Assembly: GCA_964473525.1 (NCBI GenBank)
Contig: CAYYPK010000031.1
Location: forward strand, 7,820 to 71,819
Direction: 5' to 3'
DNA: 64,000 bases
DNA from: an uncultured bacterium
GTDB lineage: Bacteria > Poribacteria > WGA-4E > GCA-2687025
Part shown: in pieces, positions 58,157-64,000 of the stretch
Numbering within the stretch: position 1 is the first letter of the stretch
Layout: every line of letters begins with the position of its first letter
Notes under the pieces: model-generated
What the model saw: only the letters and a program-made list of their open reading frames with translations
Databases searched by the model: none
Told to the model about the DNA's origin: nothing
Made by a program: the position numbers and the translations under genes

Positions 58157-58647
58157 TGGCGGCGGCGCTTAACAACGTGCTGCACACTTTGCGCCTGCGG
58201 CGCAGGCCGCCGCAATCGCAGCGGTCGCGCGCCGACGTCATGGCGTCCGTGCCGGTGCGGAATTCTTTGGTTGAGTGGCGCAAGGAGGAGACCGGCGACG
58301 TCTCGCTCGTAATCCCGGCGGACCACAAGCGTACGTTGCGCATCCTGGTCCGTGTGATGAACCTGCCCGCCAAGCGGGTCGTGGCGTTGGACGCGGTGGG
58401 CTCCTTCGTCTGGGAGCAGTGCGACGGTGAGAAGACGTTCGGCGAGGTGTCGGAGGCGCTGGCGAAGCAGTTCGGCATGACGCGCCGCGAGTCCGAAGCG
58501 TCCCTGGCGGAGTTCTTCCGCGTGCTGGGTAAGCGTGGGATGCTGGGCTTCGTCGTGGCTGACGGGGTGAAAGAGCAAATAGAGGCGGCGAAAAACAGCG
58601 GCCGAGGGCGCGGCAAGCGGCAACACGGGAAGAAGGGGCGTCAATGA
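58153..58647 (+). CDS. PqqD-family protein (RiPP recognition element-like)
   Basis: …ALDAVGSFVWEQCDGEKTFGEVSEALAKQFGMTRRESEASLAEFFRVLGKRGML matches the PqqD consensus (…LNetaaxiWellDGkrtveeixeelaeeydvdpeeaexDvlefleeLxexgLl). It is ATGA-coupled to both neighbouring genes. Confidence 0.7.
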   Translation: MMAAALNNVLHTLRLRRRPPQSQRSRADVMASVPVRNSLVEWRKEETGDVSLVIPADHKRTLRILVRVMNLPAKRVVALDAVGSFVWEQCDGEKTFGEVSEALAKQFGMTRRESEASLAEFFRVLGKRGMLGFVVADGVKEQIEAAKNSGRGRGKRQHGKKGRQ

Positions 58648-59444
58648 CCGAAGGAACCATGGGAGTCCAGGCCACGGACGCCGGGGCGATTGCCGCGACG
58701 TTGGCCCCCGTCGAGAACGCTGTTCGTGTGCGCAATGTCGTCAAGCGCTACGAGATGGGCGACACGGTCGTCGATGCGCTCAGGGGCGTCAACCTCGAAA
58801 TCCGGCGTGGTGAATACATCTCCATCGTCGGGCCGTCGGGCTCCGGCAAGTCCACGCTGTTCAACATGGTCGGCGGACTCGACAAGCCGACAGAGGGGCG
58901 CGTCTACATCGACGAGGTGGACATCGCCCAGTTGGACGCGCGCGAGTTGGCGTGGCTCCGATGCCGCAAGATCGGCTACATCTTCCAGAGCTTCAACCTC
59001 ATTCCCGTGATGACGGCTCTCGAGAACATCACGCTGCCCATGATCTTCGCAGGCGACACGGCGGACGACGCCATTGAGAAAGGCGTCGGGCTCCTAACGA
59101 GGGTGGGTCTGGGCGATCGCGTGCAGCACAAGCCGGTCGAGCTCTCCGGCGGGCAGCAACAGCGCGTTGCGATCGCGCGCGCCTTCGCAAACGATCCGTC
59201 CATCATCCTCGCGGATGAGCCGACAGGGAACCTGGACACGCAGACAGGACTCGATGTTATCGACCTGTTGCGTGAGCTGAACCGGGAAGGCAACGTCACG
59301 ATCATCACGGCGACGCACGATCTTAAGATGCTGGATGTATCCGACCGCATCGTGCACATCGAAGACGGCCGAGTGGCGAAAATCGAGCTCCGCGAGGACG
59401 CCGACCTGGATGTCGGCACGCTCGACGGACAGGAAGTAGGATAA
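58644..59444 (+). CDS. ABC transporter ATP-binding protein (MacB/LolD-type)
   Basis: Walker A GPSGSGKST, the Q-loop, signature LSGGQQQRVAIARA, Walker B IILADEPTGNLD and an H-loop. Typical partner of FtsX-type permeases. Confidence 0.92.
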   Translation: MTEGTMGVQATDAGAIAATLAPVENAVRVRNVVKRYEMGDTVVDALRGVNLEIRRGEYISIVGPSGSGKSTLFNMVGGLDKPTEGRVYIDEVDIAQLDARELAWLRCRKIGYIFQSFNLIPVMTALENITLPMIFAGDTADDAIEKGVGLLTRVGLGDRVQHKPVELSGGQQQRVAIARAFANDPSIILADEPTGNLDTQTGLDVIDLLRELNREGNVTIITATHDLKMLDVSDRIVHIEDGRVAKIELREDADLDVGTLDGQEVG

Positions 59445-59448
59445 CCGC

Positions 59449-60312
59449 ATGTATCGCGACCTTTCGCCCGGCGCCGTGGGCATCCCAGCAAATACGATTG
59501 AGGACGGCATCCGCTACGCGAAGGCGGGCAGCTTCCAGGGGCTCGATCTGCCTCTCGGCGACGCACGCCGCATCGTCGAAGCTGACGGCGTCGACGCCGT
59601 CAAGCAGATGTACGCGGAAGCGGGGCTGCGGATGGGCGCGTGGGGTTTGTCCACACGGTGGAACGCCGACGACGCGGAGTTCTACGAGAGCCTGGCGAAG
59701 CTGCCCTCGGACGCTGCTCTGGCCGCCGAACTCGGGTCGACCCGCACGATGACCTGGGTTGTCGGTTGGTCCAGCGAGAAGACGCGCCAGGAGCAGTTCG
59801 ACTTCCTCGTGAAGCGTTTCGGGCTCATCGCGGAAGTCCTGCTCGACTACGGTTGCACGATCGGCCTGGAATTCATCGGGCCACACACATCACGCAAGAG
59901 CGCCCGGTACGGCTGCGCCTACACGATGGAGGGCATGCTCGCGGTCGCCTGCGCCATCGGCACGGGCAACGTCGGCCTCCTGCTTGACTGCTGGCACTGG
60001 TACACCTGCCAGAGCACGCTGACGGACATTCGTCAACTCGTCGCCGAGGAGGTCGTTTACGTCCACGTCAACGACGCGCCGACGGGCATCGACGTGTTGG
60101 ACCAGATCGACAGCACGCGCGCGCTGCCGGGAGAGACGGGCGTCATCGACCTCGTCGGGTTCCTGCAAGCGCTCAAGGAGATCGGCTACGATGGGCCTGT
60201 CACGCCTGAGCCGTTCAGCAAGGAACTGAACGCGATGGAGGACAAGGAAGCCGCCTCGGCGAAGGTCGGCGGCGCCCTGAAGGCCGTGTGGGACGAAGCT
60301 GGTCTCGACTAG
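59449..60312 (+). CDS. sugar phosphate isomerase/epimerase (xylose isomerase-like TIM barrel), second copy
   Basis: 287 aa with …GLEFIGPH… and …LLLDCWHWY…VHVNDA… family pattern. It starts 4 bp after the ABC ATPase gene. Confidence 0.8.
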   Translation: MYRDLSPGAVGIPANTIEDGIRYAKAGSFQGLDLPLGDARRIVEADGVDAVKQMYAEAGLRMGAWGLSTRWNADDAEFYESLAKLPSDAALAAELGSTRTMTWVVGWSSEKTRQEQFDFLVKRFGLIAEVLLDYGCTIGLEFIGPHTSRKSARYGCAYTMEGMLAVACAIGTGNVGLLLDCWHWYTCQSTLTDIRQLVAEEVVYVHVNDAPTGIDVLDQIDSTRALPGETGVIDLVGFLQALKEIGYDGPVTPEPFSKELNAMEDKEAASAKVGGALKAVWDEAGLD

Positions 60313-60393
60313 GACAGACCAGCGCGCTAAGCGCGGCTCCCTAGTAGCCTCCCACGCATGGTCGGCCAGCGGGTGCTGGGCAAAGACGACAAC

Positions 60394-60438
60394 ACGCCGT
60401 CCCTTCCCCCTTACCAGGGGGAAGGCCAGGATGGGGGT
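60394..60438. repeat. 45-nt GC-rich palindromic intergenic element, copy 1 (acgccgtcccttcccccttaccagggggaaggccaggatgggggt)
   Basis: 9-bp perfect inverted repeat ccttccccc/gggggaagg around a 6-7-nt loop, followed by aggatggggg. It is near-identical to the copy at 63497..63541. Confidence 0.8.
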
Positions 60439-60507
60439 TCTGCGTCGCTAGCCCCACGGATCGCTACACCCGACGTCACAGAGGTCGCGTAGGACGGAGA
60501 ACGCGCC

Positions 60508-61452
60508 ATGCGGAACGTACGCTTCCTCGTCGCACTGCTATGCGCCGCTGTCGTCGTGTTCGCCGCGTGCTCGAACTCCAAGGAGGCCGAGGCCGACCTA
60601 CTCGGTGACCTCCGCGTCTTCGTGAGCCCAGACGCGGCAAACCTGTTCTTCGTCGAGGTCGCCGCGTTCGCCGACACGGAGCCGTTTCGCAAGGTCGAAG
60701 CCGAGCTCCGAGCCGCGGACGGCATGGGCGAAGTCATCGAGCAGCTAGGGGCGCCACTGGGTGAGGTGGCGAAGCGCGCGGTGTTCGCGATGGCTAACCC
60801 GGGTCCAGACGGCCGTCACGGCACGCTGGTCCACGTCGTGATTGAGACGTCTCTGGACGACGGCTTCCTACAGCGCGTGATGTCCAGCTACGACCACGAC
60901 TTCGAATCGGAATCCGTCGACGGCGTCACGATGTGGGTCCAGAGAGACGCCGGCATAGCGGTAGCCCTGGCCCAATACCCGGGCGGCTACCTGGGCTTCG
61001 GACACGCTGACGCCGTGCGCGGCGTGACCCAACGGGCCGTCGCCGGGTCAGGCGGCCTCGCGAAGGACGCTGAGCCGCTTCGGCTGGCCCGAGAGTTGGC
61101 GACCGGCGCCGTCGCCTGGGGCGTCGTGCGCGCGCATCCGCGCGTGACTGCCGGACTCCCTGATGAGGCGGGCGACCTGAGCAGTGTAGAACACGGCGTC
61201 GTCGCGCTGACGCGGGATGCGGCAGGCGACACCGTTGTAGAAGCCCGGGCGGTAACTAAGTCCGCACAGGACGCGCAGGACATCGAGGCGCGCTTCCAGC
61301 TTGTCGCGGGGATGGGCGCGCTTTCCGAGGACCTGGATTCCGATCTCGCCGACGTGCTCGCGTCACTTAGCGTGGGCAGGCAGGGAGAGACCGTCAGCAT
61401 GCGCGCGGTGCTTTCCCAGGAGCTTATCGCGTCGCTGTTCGACGACGACTGA
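60508..61452 (+). CDS. putative lipoprotein, function unknown
   Basis: 314-aa product with signal peptide and lipobox (VVFAACSNS). Confidence 0.4.
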   Translation: MRNVRFLVALLCAAVVVFAACSNSKEAEADLLGDLRVFVSPDAANLFFVEVAAFADTEPFRKVEAELRAADGMGEVIEQLGAPLGEVAKRAVFAMANPGPDGRHGTLVHVVIETSLDDGFLQRVMSSYDHDFESESVDGVTMWVQRDAGIAVALAQYPGGYLGFGHADAVRGVTQRAVAGSGGLAKDAEPLRLARELATGAVAWGVVRAHPRVTAGLPDEAGDLSSVEHGVVALTRDAAGDTVVEARAVTKSAQDAQDIEARFQLVAGMGALSEDLDSDLADVLASLSVGRQGETVSMRAVLSQELIASLFDDD

Positions 61453-61477
61453 CAACGAAGCCCGGAGCCCATCCGAC

Positions 61478-63073
61478 ATGTCCGAGGACGCCACGACGAA
61501 TCCACCACTCCAGGGGCGCGCGACCCCAGACGGCACGCGCGGCTACTTTGAGGAGGCGCGGCAGCGTGGCGTGGCCATCCAGGACGACGCCGTCCGCGGC
61601 ATGGGTCGCACGGGGCTCGCCGTCGCGAAGGTGGGTTACGGCACCTATCGCGTGCATTCGGATGTCGAGGAGCACGTTCGCACGCTCCTACACGCCATGC
61701 TCCACGGCGCGAACCTGGTAGACACCAGCACGAACTACACCGACGGCTCTAGCGAGCGCCTTGTGGGCAACGTCCTACGCGCGCTCATTGAGGCTGGCGG
61801 CGTCGACCGAACGGGCGTGACCGTCGTGAGCAAGGTGGGCTACGTCCAGGGCACGAACTACGCGGACGCAGTCGCCGCGGAGGAGCGTGGCGAACCCTAC
61901 GCGGAGATGGTGCAATACCGCGACGGGTTGTGGCACTGCATCCATCCAGACTGGGTGCGCGAGCAACTGGCCCAAAGCCTCGAGCGCACGCAGCTCGAGG
62001 CGATCGACGTCTACCTGCTTCACAATCCAGAGTACTTTCTGATCGACGCGGACGCGGGCGAGGCTGGCGTGGACGAGGCTGCCCGCGACGAATTCTACCG
62101 CCGCGTTACGGCTGCCTTCGAGGAACTGGAGCGCGCCGCGCAGGCGGGCTCCATCTCCTACTACGGCGTCTCCTCCAACACCTTCCCGGCCCCGGCGGAC
62201 AACCCGGCGTGGGTGTCACTACCGCGCTTGCTGGCGTGTGCCGAGGCGGCGGCCGATGCCGCGCATGGTGACCCGAGCGCGCATCGCCTTGCGGTGGCGC
62301 AGCTGCCTCTGAACCTCTACGAGGCGGGAGCCTTCACCGAGGACCACGGGGCGCCAGACGAGTCGTTCCTCGACTTCGCGCGCGCCAACGACATCGCCGT
62401 CCTGGCCAACCGACCGCTCAACGCCGTCGTCGGATCCCGCCTCGTTCGCCTGGCGCAATACTCCCACGAGGACGATGCCGGTGACCCCTTGGAGGCTTTC
62501 GCGGAGGTTGCCGCGGCTGAACGTGACGTGGTCCTCGCGCTCCGATCGTGGGACGTCTGGGCGCCGCTACGTGACGCTGTCTCTGGCGCGAGCGTGGTGT
62601 TCAACGTCGGCGAGAGTCTGAAGGGCGCGTTCCCCGAGATCACCGGCCGCGACCAGTGGCTCCAGGTCTTCGAGCAGGTGGTGGCTCCTAGCGTCGTGGC
62701 GTGCACGCGCGCGGCGGCCAAGCTTGTTCCGGGCGCCAACCTGGAGGAATGGGAAGGCCTGCTGGACGTGTATCAGCGCCGACTGCACGCGCTGGCGTCC
62801 GTGGTTACGTCCCACTTCAACTCCCGCGAGACGGAGGCGAAGGCTCCCCTATGGCGCGAGCTGGTGGCCGAGATCGCCGGTAGGTCCGCCGACATGACGC
62901 TGAGTCAGATCGCGCTGAACAGTGTCGCGTCGCTCCCTGGCGTCACGGCCGCGCTCTGCGGTATGAAACGAGACCCCTATGTAGCCGAGGCCGTGGAGCT
63001 CATGGACCTGCCGCTATTCGACGACGCCTACGGCGCGTTCCGAGCCGCGACGCGCGTAAGTCTCGACAGCTGA
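61478..63073 (+). CDS. aldo/keto reductase family oxidoreductase
   Basis: 531 aa from Met MSEDATTNPP…; the track ORF is extended at the 5' end. AKR-like …VDTSTNYTDGSSERLVG… and …IDVYLLHNPE… segments. Confidence 0.72.
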   Translation: MSEDATTNPPLQGRATPDGTRGYFEEARQRGVAIQDDAVRGMGRTGLAVAKVGYGTYRVHSDVEEHVRTLLHAMLHGANLVDTSTNYTDGSSERLVGNVLRALIEAGGVDRTGVTVVSKVGYVQGTNYADAVAAEERGEPYAEMVQYRDGLWHCIHPDWVREQLAQSLERTQLEAIDVYLLHNPEYFLIDADAGEAGVDEAARDEFYRRVTAAFEELERAAQAGSISYYGVSSNTFPAPADNPAWVSLPRLLACAEAAADAAHGDPSAHRLAVAQLPLNLYEAGAFTEDHGAPDESFLDFARANDIAVLANRPLNAVVGSRLVRLAQYSHEDDAGDPLEAFAEVAAAERDVVLALRSWDVWAPLRDAVSGASVVFNVGESLKGAFPEITGRDQWLQVFEQVVAPSVVACTRAAAKLVPGANLEEWEGLLDVYQRRLHALASVVTSHFNSRETEAKAPLWRELVAEIAGRSADMTLSQIALNSVASLPGVTAALCGMKRDPYVAEAVELMDLPLFDDAYGAFRAATRVSLDS

Positions 63074-63087
63074 CGGGGAGGCTCGAC

Positions 63088-63432
63088 ATGGCGGAGACGA
63101 TCTTCACGCGCATCATCGCTCGCGAAATCCCTGCGGACATCGTGCACGAAGACGACCACACGCTCGCCTTCCGCGACATCGACGCGAAGGCGCCAACGCA
63201 CGTCCTCGTGATACCCAAGAAGCCAATCGCCGCCGTAGCGGACGCAACCGACGACGACGTCCCGCTTCTGGGCGTGCTGCTCGCGACCGCGGCTCGGGTC
63301 GCGGCGGATCTTGGCCTCGCGGACGATGGCTATCGCCTGGTCATCAACCATGGGCGCGACGGCGGACAGACGGTCGACCATCTGCACGTACACATCCTCG
63401 GCGGTCGGCCCATGGCGTGGCCCCCAGGATGA
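63088..63432 (+). CDS. HIT family protein (histidine triad nucleotide-binding)
   Basis: 114 aa with …CIFCRII-like N-terminus (IFTRIIAREIP) and the histidine triad HLHVHILGG. Confidence 0.88.
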   Translation: MAETIFTRIIAREIPADIVHEDDHTLAFRDIDAKAPTHVLVIPKKPIAAVADATDDDVPLLGVLLATAARVAADLGLADDGYRLVINHGRDGGQTVDHLHVHILGGRPMAWPPG

Positions 63433-63496
63433 CATGCGCCACGGGCCGGCTGTCAGCGCCCCGGACACGGCGTCCGCGACACGAATGGTGGCCCTC

Positions 63497-63541
63497 ACGC
63501 CGTCCCTTCCCCCTCACGAGGGGGAAGGCTAGGATGGGGGT
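63497..63541. repeat. 45-nt GC-rich palindromic intergenic element, copy 2 (acgccgtcccttccccctcacgagggggaaggctaggatgggggt)
   Basis: Same element as at 60394..60438, with only about four substitutions and the same 9-bp stem. Confidence 0.8.
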
Positions 63542-63613
63542 CTGGGCGAACGCGCGAGCGTACAGTCGCCACCAGGCCCAGGTGCGACGCAGTGCTATTA
63601 GGGAGGCGCGCGC

Positions 63614-64000
63614 ATGGCGCTAATGAAGGTCCTGATCGGGGTACCGTGCAACTGGCCGACAGTGCCGGTGCAATTCGTCGAGTCGCTGTGCAACCTGCGG
63701 CGGCCGCCCGTGTCCGAGGTGCACTTCATGCGCGAGCCGATGCTGGACATCATGCGCAACAAGCTCGCCGACATGGCGGTCGAGGGTGGATTCAGCCACC
63801 TGTTCATGCTCGACGTCGACATGCTGTACCCGCCCGACTCACTAATGACGCTGTTGCGCGATGACGTCGACGTCGTCTGTGGTCTCGCCTGCCGGCGCAC
63901 GCCTCCTCATGTTCCGGTGTGCTTGCAGCCGACGGACGAGCGGTTCGTGTTCGAGGTGCAGATGCCGGACAAGCGTGGGCTGCTGAAGTGCGGCGCGGTC
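63614..64000 (+). CDS. 3'-truncated ORF (runs off the window), hypothetical
   Basis: ATG at 63614 preceded by a GGGAGG Shine-Dalgarno. The frame is open to the window end (MALMKVLIGVPCNWPTVPVQFVESL…). No family call is possible. Confidence 0.35.
   Translation, partial: MALMKVLIGVPCNWPTVPVQFVESLCNLRRPPVSEVHFMREPMLDIMRNKLADMAVEGGFSHLFMLDVDMLYPPDSLMTLLRDDVDVVCGLACRRTPPHVPVCLQPTDERFVFEVQMPDKRGLLKCGAV

Noticed and set aside
1-64000. CRISPR arrays, transposases, integrases, rRNA genes
   Set aside because: No regularly spaced direct repeats, no DDE/tyrosine-recombinase-like ORFs and no rRNA-like sequence were detected by eye. The only tandem repeats are intragenic (pnp tail, a short cag run in the giant ORF).

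Overview
This is a roughly 68% GC bacterial chromosomal window, probably from a diderm organism, since an LptE-like lipoprotein is present. It mixes a conserved housekeeping core with several accessory segments.

Housekeeping genes: leuD-leuC and rpoC-rpoB on the minus strand, followed by rpsO and pnp on the plus strand. The rpoBC context is non-canonical: a sigma-54-dependent REC-PAS activator plus a PhyH-type dioxygenase lie upstream, and no ribosomal protein genes flank the operon.

Accessory content, in order along the window:
- Four lipoprotein or Tat-secreted genes: LptE-like, an unknown lipoprotein, a BNR/Ycf48-like protein and a DUF362 protein.
- A 1164-aa secreted protein with an M64-like HExxH peptidase domain.
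- A minus-strand cluster: two paralogous ~650-aa polytopic membrane proteins flanking a small cupin, downstream of a Zn-ADH, a sugar-phosphate isomerase/epimerase and a Gfo/Idh/MocA oxidoreductase.
- A 998-aa HEAT-repeat lipoprotein, an aldo/keto reductase and a URO-D-like protein.
- A putative island ending at a minus-strand tRNA-Ser(GGA). It carries a 688-aa fusion of a class III nucleotidyl cyclase, a TIR domain and an AAA-like ATPase, followed by a PD-(D/E)xK nuclease-like gene, then NHL, methyltransferase and GNAT/Eis-like genes.
- A K+ channel and a PspA/YjfI pair.
- A 2372-aa giant ORF fusing a degenerate M28-like ectodomain to an FtsX/MacB-type permease.
- A third paralog of the 650-aa membrane protein, a 313-aa hypothetical, a PqqD-like (RRE) protein and a MacB-type ABC ATPase, all translationally coupled.
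- A second isomerase, an AKR and a HIT protein.

A 45-nt GC-rich palindromic element occurs twice in intergenic regions. I found no CRISPR array, transposase or integrase.

The two regions I consider most likely to be undescribed systems are the cyclase-TIR-ATPase plus nuclease pair, and the locus containing the giant peptidase-like FtsX fusion, the paralogous membrane proteins, the PqqD-like protein and the ABC ATPase.
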